A stretch of DNA of 63,861 nucleotides, the filler included, from Pseudobdellovibrionaceae bacterium (GTDB lineage: Bacteria > Bdellovibrionota > Bdellovibrionia > Bdellovibrionales > UBA1609), in assembly GCA_030591685.1 (NCBI GenBank). It is 4 parts of 4 records of this genome, joined end to end, with 100 filler letters (N's around TTAATTAATTAA, not from the genome) between each part and the next. Parts side by side here need not be neighbours in the genome. Positions count along the whole stretch, not along the records: positions 15,295 to 28,962 come from JAUVAX010000056.1; positions 29,063 to 48,658 come from JAUVAX010000041.1; 2 more parts are not named here. One strand, given 5' to 3'. Made by a program: the position numbers and the translations under genes. The number at the start of each line of letters is the position of its first letter. Position 1 is the stretch's first letter. This document shows positions 20,301 to 30,213 of this stretch, one piece after another. The notes beneath the pieces are model-generated. The model did no database searches, had not been told where the DNA came from, and was given only the letters and a program-made list of their open reading frames with translations.

Positions 20301-20329
20301 CAAATCTGTCTCAAAACGTGACAGATTTG
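20301..20329. promoter_or_regulatory. Palindromic candidate regulator site upstream of the dksA-like gene
   Basis: caaatctgtc-N9-gacagatttg, perfect 10-bp arms. Confidence 0.5.
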
Positions 20330-20545
20330 TTTTTATGCTTTGAGATTCTTAAGTATTAATTTAAGATAAATGTCGCTGGTCTTTTGTGCAGAAAATTTGT
20401 TTCAGTTTTATGCACTTTTGTTAGGGAGTTACAGGCTTTAAGATTTTTTAAGATTTTAGCTTGCCATGAAACCAGTACTCGTGTGTAAATGGTCCAGTTC
20501 CATTTTGGAACTTAAGAGGCAAAAATTTTTTGAGGGGGGATACTC

Positions 20546-20917
20546 ATGACAACTTTAACGCAAGAACTCATTGTGGAGTGTAAAGGCCGTTTGCTCGAAG
20601 CCAAAGAAGATGTGATCAACCGAGTCCAAGAAGCCCGAAATAGAATAGCTAATGAGGATAATAAAGGTGGGGATGAAGGGGATCAAACAGTCAGAGCCCT
20701 TGAGGAGAGTGAGTTTCTCAGAATGAATGATCGACTTAGAAAGCAACTTGTAGAAATCGAAATGGCGCTCTCTCGCATCGAGGGTGGTAGTTATGGGGTT
20801 TGCGAAGAAACAGAAGACTCTATTGAAAAAGAAAGACTTCTGGCCATACCTTGGACACGATTAAGCATTGAAGGCGCTGAAATTAGAGAAAGCATGAACA
20901 AGCGCTATGCGAGATAA
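20546..20917 (+). CDS. dksA: DksA/TraR family RNA polymerase regulator (single-Cys type)
   Basis: Coiled coil with a DEGD acidic tip; ALSRIEGGSYGVCEET...I...RLLAIPW.RLS. Confidence 0.85.
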   Translation: MTTLTQELIVECKGRLLEAKEDVINRVQEARNRIANEDNKGGDEGDQTVRALEESEFLRMNDRLRKQLVEIEMALSRIEGGSYGVCEETEDSIEKERLLAIPWTRLSIEGAEIRESMNKRYAR

Positions 20918-20943
20918 AATTAAGTTTAAATTATTTTAAGATA

Positions 20944-20979
20944 AAATGGCTCCTGCTTTTATGTATGGGGCCTTTTTTT
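20944..20979 (+). terminator. Intrinsic terminator between convergent genes
   Basis: ggctcc...ggggcc stem followed by T7. Confidence 0.55.
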
Positions 20980-20981
20980 AT

Positions 20982-21419
20982 TTAAGAGATAAAGAGTTCA
21001 TTCTCGGCATCGGCTTCAAGTTTTAAGTTTTCATCAATTTCTTTTTTACTGTAAAGTCGGCCCTTATTGATGCCAGGGCAATAACTAACAATTTCATTGC
21101 TCCAGACTTTTGCATTCATGTTATCAGGCCAAAAGGGCCATGTGCGGCACTGGGTCGGGCGACCGGTGTAAACAGAGCATTTATTATTTTTTAAAAATAA
21201 ACAATCAGGTGAGTCTTCATTTTCGTTTAAATGATAAACGCCGCTTGTTTTTGTACAGTATTTTTTAGTGAACTCTGTGGTGTTAAGATCTAAGGCTTTA
21301 GCCATATTTCGCCGGTCTTGTAGGGTCATATAAACATACCCATATTCGCCGCGTGAGCTACAGCACTTGCCAGAGCCTTGGCATTTAAACTGGATTCCTT
21401 TTTCGTACCAAACACTCAT
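20982..21419 (-). CDS. YkgJ family cysteine-cluster protein
   Basis: CQGSGKCC, CLFL...CSVY..RP.QCRTWPFW and CPG motifs. Confidence 0.9.
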   Translation of the reverse strand: MSVWYEKGIQFKCQGSGKCCSSRGEYGYVYMTLQDRRNMAKALDLNTTEFTKKYCTKTSGVYHLNENEDSPDCLFLKNNKCSVYTGRPTQCRTWPFWPDNMNAKVWSNEIVSYCPGINKGRLYSKKEIDENLKLEADAENELFIS

Positions 21420-21471
21420 TTTTAGGCCTTTTTTTAATAGAGCAATGGCATGCCCTTAAATTATTGTGGGG

Positions 21472-22509
21472 TTAATTGTTTTGGCTCTCAAGCATCCAAC
21501 TGCAAAGCTGAAAAAGTATTCGGGCCCCCACATTGCCGTCGAACTCGCTGGGCGCGGGCCCAGGGGCCACTTCGCACAGGTCAAAGCCTATAATTTTTTT
21601 GCCCGAGTGAACAATTGTTTTAATTAAATAACAAGCCTGCTCAAAGCTTAGGCCCCCGGGCACAGGGGTCCCTGTGTGAGGGCAGAGTTCTGGGTTGAGG
21701 GCATCAATATCAAAAGAAATATAAACGTGTTCAGGGAGGGTTAAGGTGATCTCATCGCAAATAGATTTAAAGTGACGGCCTTCAAAGAGTTGATCTTTAA
21801 TTTTTTGATCATAAAAGGTGGTGATCGATGGGGTGTCTTTGGCAAACAGGTATTCGCTTTCACTAAAGTCACGAATACCAACTTGAGTTAATTGCGCGGG
21901 TGGTTTGTTGAGCGTAATGGCGTTATACATAATAGAGGCATGGGAGTATTTAAACCCCTGGTAAGCGTTTCGTAAATCATGATGGGCATCGAGGTGGAGT
22001 ATGCCAAAGTTTTCAGAGTACTTTTCTCCCAGGGCCTTAATAAGCCCCAGGGGGCAAGAGTGATCCCCGCCCACAAGCCCGACAAATTTATTTTGGTCTA
22101 ACAATTTTTTGGCCTCTTCGTAGATACTACGGTTCAGCGAATCACAGGCCTCGTTGACTCGGCTCTGTGCTTTTAAAAGTGATTCAGTAAGCGCCCCGTT
22201 TTTTTCAAGATCTTTAATAATGGCCTCGGCAAGCTCTTTATAGGTGTTGTTATTGTTTTTGGCCTCATAAAGTGGGGGCTGAAAAAAAACACCATTAGTG
22301 ATGTGTTTTTTAAACTCAGTAGAAAATAAATCAATTTGAGGGCTCGCTTTTAAAATAGCTTCAGGCCCAAGGGAAGCACCGCTGCCGTAAGAGGTTGTGA
22401 CCTCCCAGGGTATATTAAGAAGCACAAGGGGGGCTTGTCCTTGGGTCGAGGGGAGGCCAAACAGTCCATTTTCAAAAGACTGCGTTAACTCAGGGTTAAT
22501 GGTATCCAT
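21472..22509 (-). CDS. speB: Agmatinase (ureohydrolase family)
   Basis: GGDHS, DAHHD and SFDIDAL.P...P.TGTP.PGG motifs. Confidence 0.88.
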   Translation of the reverse strand: MDTINPELTQSFENGLFGLPSTQGQAPLVLLNIPWEVTTSYGSGASLGPEAILKASPQIDLFSTEFKKHITNGVFFQPPLYEAKNNNNTYKELAEAIIKDLEKNGALTESLLKAQSRVNEACDSLNRSIYEEAKKLLDQNKFVGLVGGDHSCPLGLIKALGEKYSENFGILHLDAHHDLRNAYQGFKYSHASIMYNAITLNKPPAQLTQVGIRDFSESEYLFAKDTPSITTFYDQKIKDQLFEGRHFKSICDEITLTLPEHVYISFDIDALNPELCPHTGTPVPGGLSFEQACYLIKTIVHSGKKIIGFDLCEVAPGPAPSEFDGNVGARILFQLCSWMLESQNN

Positions 22510-22526
22510 AAGAACTCTCGATCCAA

Positions 22527-23147
22527 TTAAAATTTAAAGTATAAAACAACAACAATAAGTATAAACCCTAGAGCTAGGGAGAGGGCATTAAAGTGTTTTT
22601 CAATGTAGTCTCTAATTGAAGCCCCCCAAAAATAAAATAAAATACCTATAAGGAAAAACCTTAAGCTTCGGCCCACAACAGAGGCCAAAACAAAAACAGG
22701 CAGGCCTATTCCGGCAACGCCACCGGCAATGGCAAATATTTTATAAGGGATGGGTGTAAAGCTTGCTAAAAATACCGCTAAAAAAGCATTGGACTGAAAC
22801 TGCTCAATAACAACAGCAAATTTATTGGGTGACATAACGTAGGTGAAAAACAAATCCTGACTGGCCTCCCAAAAGAGGGCCCCTAATAAATATCCAATGC
22901 TCCCGCCCAGTACAGAGCAAAAGGCCGCAATAGCGGCATATTTTAAAGATTTTTTAGGCTGACTTGCGCTGAGGGCCAATAAAAAAGGGTCTACCGGTAT
23001 GGGGAAAAATATACCCTCTACTGTGGAGAGGATCCCCAGGGCCCATGCGGCACCGGGTCGATTCGACCAGGACATGGTCCAATGATAGAGCCGTCTTAGT
23101 TGAAAAAGCGGGTTAAAAGTAGTTTTCATTAAAGTGTTCATCAACAA
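22527..23147 (-). CDS. DedA/YqaA family membrane protein
   Basis: E.IFFPIP.D, FTPIPYK and GRSLRF motifs. Confidence 0.9.
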   Translation of the reverse strand: MLMNTLMKTTFNPLFQLRRLYHWTMSWSNRPGAAWALGILSTVEGIFFPIPVDPFLLALSASQPKKSLKYAAIAAFCSVLGGSIGYLLGALFWEASQDLFFTYVMSPNKFAVVIEQFQSNAFLAVFLASFTPIPYKIFAIAGGVAGIGLPVFVLASVVGRSLRFFLIGILFYFWGASIRDYIEKHFNALSLALGFILIVVVLYFKF

Positions 23148-23588
23148 TACAGCCTTTATTTATCTAACTTAAGCTTATTTTTTTACAGCTTAAGTGTGCT
23201 TTGTTAAATTGTCTATCCACGTCAGCTCGGGCCGTAGTAAATATTTACTGTTTGGCGGTTTAAACCCGGCTCTAAATGGGGCACAAATAATGCGGGATGT
23301 ATTTATGCCACTAGTGCAGTTTTTTATGTGAGCACCCCTTGGCGCTTAAGGTTTAAGCAAAAGCCTGCGCGCGTTAAAATAAGTGTAGGCATATACTTTG
23401 GACCTCACCTTAACAACTAAAAAAGGGCGTATAAAAACTAAAGACAACAAATAAGTAACAAGGGTTGCTTGTCACTCGCTCATTTACCCAGTGACACCGA
23501 GCAAATAAAAGCTAAAGCCTTGATTTGTAACAAAAAAGGTGAAAAATTAAGCGCAATATTTTTTACCTTTTAGAGGGGGCGTCGCCGA

Positions 23589-25208
23589 ATGATTCGAGTA
23601 ATAAAGTTATCAATATTAATTTTTATATTAGGCCTAAACCTAGTTTCGTGCACAAAAAAAAGCACCACAAAAAAAATGGGCACAACGCTTTATTTAGAGC
23701 TCAAATCAGAGCCCGGCACTTTAAACCCCTTTAGTTATACAGACCTGTACGCGAGTTATGTACAGGGCTATGTTATTGAGGGCTTACTCACTCGAAACAT
23801 TGACACCTATAAGTGGGAGCCCCTCATAGCAGAGTCTTGGCAAGTGAACCCCAATGGTAAAGAAATCACGTTTAAAATAAGAAAAGACGTTAAATTTCAC
23901 GACGGCACCCCCCTTACTGTTGAAGACGTTAAATTTAGCTTTGACGCCATCAGAAACCCCGAATATAAAGCGGCCCGCTTTGTGCCTTATTATGAAAACA
24001 TAAAAGAGGCAATAATTGTTGATCCGCAAACCATTAAATTTTTAATCAAGAAAAAATATTTTAACAACCTATCTGTACTTGCAGGGTTGAGTATTGTTTC
24101 AAAAAACTTTTACGGTGACCCCAAGGCTAAGAGAAATAAAGTACTCCAGGGTTCAGGCCCCTATGTGCTTCATAAGTACAACCGAGGTCGTAATATAATT
24201 TTAAAGCGCAATGACGACTGGGTGGGTTTTAAATTAAATCATTTAAAAAACACAAACAATTTTGAATATATACATTATCGATTTGTAAAAGAAGCCAACG
24301 TTGCTTTAGAAATGCTAAAAAAAGGACAGCTCGACTATTTAGAAACTCTTACCCCAGAGCAGTTCGTAAAAAAAACAGAAGGTAAACCTTGGGGTGAAAC
24401 CGCATTTAAGAAAAAGGTTCAGCATAGGGCCTCTAAGCCTTACAGGTATGTGGGGTTTAACTTAAAGAACCCACTATTTAAAGACCTCAAAGTCAGAAAG
24501 GCTTTTGCTCACTTAATGAACCGAGAGTTAATGATAAAGAAATTTCGCTACGATATGGACCTGCCCGCCACAGGCCCCTGGTATCAACAAAGCCCTTATG
24601 CAGACCCAAATGTAAAACCCATACCCTTCGACCCTAAAAAAGCAGGCGTATTAATGGCTCAGGCCGGGTGGTCAGACTCAGATAAAGACGGCGTATTAGA
24701 CAAAGTCATTAAGGGTAAAAAAATAGACTTTAAATTTACCTTAGTTAACTCTAATGCGGACTACGAAAAGTATTTTACCCTTTATAAAGAAGACCTAAAA
24801 AAAGCAGGGATTATAATGAACCTGCAACTGGTTGATTTTACCTCACTGATTAAGCTTTTAGATGATAAAAAATTTCAAGCGGTGTCTATAGGCTGGGGCG
24901 GTGGCGGTGTTGATAACGACCCTAAGCAAATTTGGCACTCTGAGAGTATACGCGAGGGGGGGTCTAATTATATCTCCTACAGTAGCAAGCTCGTAGATAA
25001 GCTCATAGATCAGGGGCGCGCAGAGCTTGACCGGAGTAAAAGAATTAAAATGTATAAAAAAATATATAAAGCCATCGCTGACGATGTGCCCTATATATTT
25101 ATGTTCAACCGTAAATTTGAGCTCTATGCCCATAGTAACAAAGTTGAATTTGATAAACCGACCCATGAATTTGCTATTGGAGTCAGTTTTTGGCGCCCAG
25201 TCCAATAA
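23589..25208 (+). CDS. Peptide ABC transporter substrate-binding lipoprotein (family 5)
   Basis: Lipobox LVSC; FHDGTPLTVEDVKFS; GSGPY. Confidence 0.92.
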   Translation: MIRVIKLSILIFILGLNLVSCTKKSTTKKMGTTLYLELKSEPGTLNPFSYTDLYASYVQGYVIEGLLTRNIDTYKWEPLIAESWQVNPNGKEITFKIRKDVKFHDGTPLTVEDVKFSFDAIRNPEYKAARFVPYYENIKEAIIVDPQTIKFLIKKKYFNNLSVLAGLSIVSKNFYGDPKAKRNKVLQGSGPYVLHKYNRGRNIILKRNDDWVGFKLNHLKNTNNFEYIHYRFVKEANVALEMLKKGQLDYLETLTPEQFVKKTEGKPWGETAFKKKVQHRASKPYRYVGFNLKNPLFKDLKVRKAFAHLMNRELMIKKFRYDMDLPATGPWYQQSPYADPNVKPIPFDPKKAGVLMAQAGWSDSDKDGVLDKVIKGKKIDFKFTLVNSNADYEKYFTLYKEDLKKAGIIMNLQLVDFTSLIKLLDDKKFQAVSIGWGGGGVDNDPKQIWHSESIREGGSNYISYSSKLVDKLIDQGRAELDRSKRIKMYKKIYKAIADDVPYIFMFNRKFELYAHSNKVEFDKPTHEFAIGVSFWRPVQ

Positions 25209-25228
25209 TTAAAAAAAGATAGGTCAAT

Positions 25229-26251
25229 ATGTTGATATACTTTTTAAGACGATTACTCATGATGATCCCTACACTGTTTGGGATCACCCTAGTGTGTTTT
25301 GTTATTATTAACATGGCCCCCGGTGGACCTATTGAAAAGCGTATTCAAGAGATTCGTTTTAGCGGAGCTAACGCAAGTGGCGCCGCCTCAGACGGCAGTC
25401 ACGGCATCCCTAAAGAGGTCATTGAGGCCTTAAAAAAGCAATACGGCTTTGATAAGCCCCTGCATATTCGGTATGTTATTTGGCTTAAAAATATTGTGAC
25501 ACTTGATTTTGGTGAGAGCTTCTCGTACGAGGAGCCCGTCATTGATGTCATTGCCAGCAAATTTCCAGTGTCATTACAGTTTGGTATTATTTCATTTATT
25601 TTAGCATATTTGGTCTGCATACCCCTTGGGGTAGTAAAGGCGGTCAAAGACGGCTCTAGGTTTGACGCTATTTCTAGTTTTTTACTTTATATTATGTGGT
25701 CGGTGCCCCCTGTGATGCTGGGGATTATGTTGATCGTGTTTTTTTCAGGGGGTTCGTTTTTTGATTGGTTCCCTTTAAACGGCATGGTGTCTGATAACTA
25801 TGAGTATTTAAGCCTTTGGGGGCAAATTACCGACAGAGTGCATCACTTTGTGCTCCCCCTTATTTGTTACATGATTGGTAGCTTTACCATGCTGACCTTT
25901 TTAATGAAAAACTCTTTACTTGAAGAGATAAAATCTGATTATGTTCGCACGGCGAGGGCTAAAGGGCTTAACGAAAAAGTCGTTGTGTACAAGCACGCAT
26001 TGAGAAACTCTCTTATACCTATTGCTACAGGGTTTGGTAGTTTTGTGGGCTTGTTTTTAGCGGGCTCTATTATTGTTGAACAAATTTTTGGTTTAGATGG
26101 TATGGGGCTTTTGGGTTACAAGTCAGCCTTAGACCGAGACTATAATGTAATTATGGGTTTAATATTTATACAGGCCATTTTAACACTGCTGGGTCGACTC
26201 ATAAGTGATTTTATGTATGTTATTATAGACCCAAGGATAGATTTTTCATGA
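25229..26251 (+). CDS. yejB: Peptide ABC transporter permease (YejB-like)
   Basis: APGGPIE, YGFDKP, DYVRTARAKG and DPRIDF motifs. Confidence 0.85.
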   Translation: MLIYFLRRLLMMIPTLFGITLVCFVIINMAPGGPIEKRIQEIRFSGANASGAASDGSHGIPKEVIEALKKQYGFDKPLHIRYVIWLKNIVTLDFGESFSYEEPVIDVIASKFPVSLQFGIISFILAYLVCIPLGVVKAVKDGSRFDAISSFLLYIMWSVPPVMLGIMLIVFFSGGSFFDWFPLNGMVSDNYEYLSLWGQITDRVHHFVLPLICYMIGSFTMLTFLMKNSLLEEIKSDYVRTARAKGLNEKVVVYKHALRNSLIPIATGFGSFVGLFLAGSIIVEQIFGLDGMGLLGYKSALDRDYNVIMGLIFIQAILTLLGRLISDFMYVIIDPRIDFS

Positions 26252-27270
26252 TTGAACGATATTTAATAAAAAACGAGCTGACTTTAAAAAGGTGGCGTCG
26301 ATTTAAAAAAATTAAAAGAGCGGTTTTTGGAGCATATATTTTTTTGTTTTTGATTTTCTTATCAATCACCGCTGAGTTTTGGGCGAATTCGAGACCAATT
26401 TTAATAAATTTTAAAGGCTCCATATATATGCCGGTACTAAAAACTTACCCACCAAGCACCTTTGGGCAAGAGGGGTTTGTAACAAACTACAGGGCACTAA
26501 ATTTAAAGTCTGATGGTCATTGGGCCCTTTGGCCGATAATACCCTGGGACCCTTTTGAAATGAACAACTCTTTAAGTTCGTACCCTGCGCCACCTTCTGC
26601 CGAAAACTGGATGGGTACCGATGATCGAGGCCGAGATATATTCTCTCGCCTCATTTACGGGTTTAGGTACAGTATTGGTTTTTCACTGCTTGTGTGGGCC
26701 TTTTCATACGCACTGGGGATTTTTGCAGGGGCTGTCATGGGCTTCTCTGGTGGTAAAGTTGATTTAATCGGGCAAAGGGTTGTTGAGGTGTTTGAGTCTT
26801 TGCCGTTTTTATTATTATTAATTACTTTAGTTTCTGTTTTTGGAGCAAAAATGTGGCTCTTAGTAGCAATGATGTCTGTTTTAGGGTGGACGATGATTGC
26901 TCAATACATGAGGGCCGAGTATTTAAAGCTCCGGCGTAGAGAGTTTGTTGAAGCTTCCGCCGCCATTGGCGGAAGCCCTATGAGGCAAATGTTCAAGCAC
27001 ATTTTACCAAATGCTTTAGTGCCTGTGTTAACGTTTACGCCCTTTAGGATTGCTAGTGGTATTGCGACACTTGCTATTTTAGATTACTTAGGCTTTGGCC
27101 TGCCAGCGCCAACACCGTCTTGGGGCGAGCTGTTGCAGCAGGCACATAAAAACTTTACCATTGCGTGGTGGTTGGCGCTCTTTCCGTCTTTAGCGCTTTT
27201 TGTATCTTTGTTATCTTTGAATCTTATGGGAGAAGGGGCTCGGGATGCCTTTGACCCTAAAAAGGGGTAA
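26248..27270 (+). CDS. yejE: Peptide ABC transporter permease (YejE-like)
   Basis: RWRRFK, GTDDRGRD, EAA loop, and LDYLGFGLP...PSWGELL.Q. Confidence 0.85.
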   Translation: MIERYLIKNELTLKRWRRFKKIKRAVFGAYIFLFLIFLSITAEFWANSRPILINFKGSIYMPVLKTYPPSTFGQEGFVTNYRALNLKSDGHWALWPIIPWDPFEMNNSLSSYPAPPSAENWMGTDDRGRDIFSRLIYGFRYSIGFSLLVWAFSYALGIFAGAVMGFSGGKVDLIGQRVVEVFESLPFLLLLITLVSVFGAKMWLLVAMMSVLGWTMIAQYMRAEYLKLRRREFVEASAAIGGSPMRQMFKHILPNALVPVLTFTPFRIASGIATLAILDYLGFGLPAPTPSWGELLQQAHKNFTIAWWLALFPSLALFVSLLSLNLMGEGARDAFDPKKG

Positions 27271-27271
27271 C

Positions 27272-28492
27272 TTAATAGGCCCCTTTGCCTGCAATCATAT
27301 CGAGACGAAACATGATTTGAGGGCGAGTTTTAAACCCATCAATTTTTCTAAAAACAACACCTGGTGACATACTTAAAAACAACCAGTCTTGATAAATAAG
27401 TGTTCGAAGGCTTAAATTTGCCGTGTAATTTTCTACAAAGGTCACAGGCTTATCGACCCCCTCAAGGCCAATTTTATATATGAGGGAGTTGTTTTTATCA
27501 AAGGTGTGTATGAGGTTATAGGAGTGGTTGAAGTTTACGAGTTTTTCAAATTCGCTCCACTTAGCAGAGTTATAAATACGGAACATTAAAGCAAAATTTA
27601 TACTTCGATCAAAAAATAATTCGGATTGAAATTCGTAATTGACAGACTCAAACCAATATAGGGTTTGAACAAATCGTGTTTCCCAGTGTGTAGAGTACAA
27701 GGAGTTTCTTAAACGAACCTTTATAAAAGGGTCTAATCTACCGCTGAGTCTTACCCCGGCATCGGTTTGAAGGTTATAGTGTTTTTTTCGTAAAAACTCG
27801 TACCTTAGCCCGAGACCTAGCCGTGATTCATCTTGTGCGGCGGTGGTATCCTCGTTGTCAAAACTATCAAGAAATAATTGAAATCGCTTTTCGGTCATTG
27901 GGAGCCGAATGCGAGTATTTATTATAAATGTATTCAGTGGCTTTTCAAGGTCCTCAATTGTAACAAGTAGACCTATGCGCATTTGTGAGTTGTTCTCTTC
28001 TGCACCGGCATGCTTATTTGAGAAAAACCGATCAATGTTGTTTGATAGTTTAAAAATTTGTGTTGAGAGCCTGTTTTTAGACCTTTCGAGCGCCAAAACC
28101 GGTTGAGCCATATTATTTTTTAATACGACCTTATTTTTAGGTAATTTTTTATCAAGCGATTTTGTTTTTACCCGCTTATTTTTAGGTTTATTTTTTTTTA
28201 CAAGTCTCTGACGTCGTGTGTTTTTTTTAAGAGAGCGTTTCTTTTTGCTCTTTTTTTTGCGAGAGGTCTTTTTAGAGCGTTTTTTTTGGCTCCTCTTTTT
28301 TCGCCGTTTCTTTTTATAGCGTTTCTTTTTAGTATATTTTTTGCGCTTTTTTTTAACGTCCTTTTTTGAAGAGCTTTTTTTGCTTATTGTTTTTTCTGTG
28401 CGACTATCGAGGCCATTGTGTGAGGTCTCAGTAGCCCAAGCCGGGCTTAAAAAAAACTGTAAAAACAGGGATAGGGCGAGTAACGTGCGCAT
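27272..28492 (-). CDS. Hypothetical exported, probable outer-membrane beta-barrel protein with a long Lys/Arg-rich N-terminal segment
   Basis: Signal peptide AWA|TE; about 95 aa of K/R-rich sequence; alternating aromatic beta-strands in the C-terminal part. Confidence 0.6.
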   Translation of the reverse strand: MRTLLALSLFLQFFLSPAWATETSHNGLDSRTEKTISKKSSSKKDVKKKRKKYTKKKRYKKKRRKKRSQKKRSKKTSRKKKSKKKRSLKKNTRRQRLVKKNKPKNKRVKTKSLDKKLPKNKVVLKNNMAQPVLALERSKNRLSTQIFKLSNNIDRFFSNKHAGAEENNSQMRIGLLVTIEDLEKPLNTFIINTRIRLPMTEKRFQLFLDSFDNEDTTAAQDESRLGLGLRYEFLRKKHYNLQTDAGVRLSGRLDPFIKVRLRNSLYSTHWETRFVQTLYWFESVNYEFQSELFFDRSINFALMFRIYNSAKWSEFEKLVNFNHSYNLIHTFDKNNSLIYKIGLEGVDKPVTFVENYTANLSLRTLIYQDWLFLSMSPGVVFRKIDGFKTRPQIMFRLDMIAGKGAY

Positions 28493-28565
28493 AACAATAT
28501 TAATATCATAGAAACTAATGGTTTGGGAGTAGATCTATTAAAAAAGGGGTTCATGGAAGGTACAA

Positions 28566-28901
28566 TTACTGCTGTGATTTTAAATAAGTCGGGCCATGAA
28601 CAGTGATGTTTAGTGCCTCAAGGTTGATTTTGGCATCAAGGGTGAGCCCGTTTAATAAAAATAAGTGTATTTCATAATTTCTAACACCAAGAGCCAGCAT
28701 TGTTTCATGAGTCAGGGCCATTTGCTTTTTTATTTTTAAAAAGTAACTCGAATTATTCTCTACGAGATTATTATAAAGTTTAACCTCGCCAACAAAATGA
28801 ATCGATTTCCCAAAAAGGTTCATTGTGGAGTATATATCAAACTCTTTGTCCTTTATGTTGTCGGGGGGGGGGGTAAGGGCCAGATTCTTATCCAGAACCA
28901 T
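28566..28901 (-). CDS. Hypothetical protein, possible PD-(D/E)xK nuclease-fold fragment
   Basis: KEFDIY...FVGEVK pattern; near the contig end; contains a G11 run. Confidence 0.35.
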   Translation of the reverse strand: MVLDKNLALTPPPDNIKDKEFDIYSTMNLFGKSIHFVGEVKLYNNLVENNSSYFLKIKKQMALTHETMLALGVRNYEIHLFLLNGLTLDAKINLEALNITVHGPTYLKSQQ

Positions 28902-28962
28902 AACAAGCTGTTATATTTTAATACTAAAAAAATATTAATGCCCATCTATTGGTAGTCGAATC

Positions 28963-29062
28963 NNNNNNNNNNNNNNNNNNNNNNNNNNNNNNNNNNNNNN
29001 NNNNNNTTAATTAATTAANNNNNNNNNNNNNNNNNNNNNNNNNNNNNNNNNNNNNNNNNNNN
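28963..29062. other. Artificial contig linker
   Basis: N44-TTAATTAATTAA-N44. Confidence 0.97.
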
Positions 29063-29253
29063 ATATTAAAGCATCGAAAAATTATTTATGAAAAAGCTAA
29101 ACAAAAAAATCCAAACAGGTGGTCGCGTGAAACAAGAGATTGGAACCGGGCAGGAAAAGTTGGCTTAAATAACTTGCATGAAGAAATTGTTTTTGCTAGA
29201 AAAGAAGCATCTTAACGATTTGTTTGAGTCGTTAACTCTCCTGAAAAATTCCG
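29063..29253 (+). mobile_element. Right end of an IS3-family insertion sequence (transposase C-terminus at 29063-29215)
   Basis: Manual translation ILKHRKIIYEKAKQKNPNRWSRETRDWNRAGKVGLN... matches the 'R..YE.A...P.RWS...R.W....V.LN' tail of IS3-type transposases. The putative end is ...aactctcctgaaaaattccg. It sits at a contig break, as repeats often do. Confidence 0.7.
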
Positions 29254-29655
29254 TTAGATAGATCCCTTTTTGCGAATATCCTCTTTAATTTTTCCCACTA
29301 TGTGGGCTATTTTTTCTGGCACTGCTGATGTAAACTCTTTTGCAAGTTCCTGATTTTCTAGATTATTCATATGGTCCAAGAATTTTTCTTTATCAAAAGA
29401 AATGTCAGTTTCCATTTTTATTTGAGTAGTTTCAATTTTCTGTAGTGCCAACACAGCCAGTTCTTGTCCCGGAATCTGTGGAAAGTCTGCCTTTACAACA
29501 AGACACGTAGAAATAGCAAGAAATGCTAAATGTTTTTCGTCTCTCCAAAATATTGATAATTCAGAATTATTTAAAGGAAGAAAGCCTGTAGTAATTATAT
29601 GCGTGAGGGTCTCAACTGTTTTATTCACATGATTGGCAACAGCTTCAATATCCAT
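29254..29655 (-). CDS. Hypothetical protein
   Basis: 133-aa ORF with a GAGG RBS; no recognised motif. Confidence 0.6.
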   Translation of the reverse strand: MDIEAVANHVNKTVETLTHIITTGFLPLNNSELSIFWRDEKHLAFLAISTCLVVKADFPQIPGQELAVLALQKIETTQIKMETDISFDKEKFLDHMNNLENQELAKEFTSAVPEKIAHIVGKIKEDIRKKGSI

Positions 29656-30130
29656 TTTAGTACCTCTAACTCTCTTGATCGTGATTTATGGATGGTTTCC
29701 CAATACTATTAATATCGGAATATTATCAGTGTTTATCAAGTACTTGTCTTAAACCAGTCAATGTTCTCATAAGTTATGTTACGGACTCTTATAATGGCCA
29801 TGTCCGCAGTAGCCTTTACCTGTAATAAAATCATCAATCGCGTAAAACAGCCCTATATTTATATGAACTGGCCCCTGGTTAGTGATATTTTTTTCAACCA
29901 CCAATAAAACTTTTTTAATAGGGACTCTATAGTTAACTTAATCACTACTCTAAAGTACCGATCTAGCTCGCCATCTCCTGAGTATGCTTATACCTAAAAC
30001 ACAGGCTCAGAGAGCCAAGTAACCACCTTTGACGACGCCTTGAGTACGAGTTAATACGTCTGGCTCAAACAGCCTAGAGAATAGTATTGTAATTGTTAAA
30101 AAAATTAGTTCTTAAGTCTGGACCTTAAGT

Positions 30131-30161
30131 GTTAAATTTGAATCACACGTTTAAATTTAAC
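30131..30161. promoter_or_regulatory. Inverted repeat upstream of the antitoxin-like gene (candidate operator)
   Basis: gttaaattt-N13-aaatttaac. Confidence 0.35.
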
Positions 30162-30213
30162 TTTTTGTGATATTCTTTATTATAGTTGTGATTTTAACTT
30201 TAGGATGAAGTGA

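Noticed and set aside
23589..27270. ABC transporter lacking an ATPase gene as an unusual system
   Set aside because: Split ABC operons are common; the ATPase is probably elsewhere in the genome.
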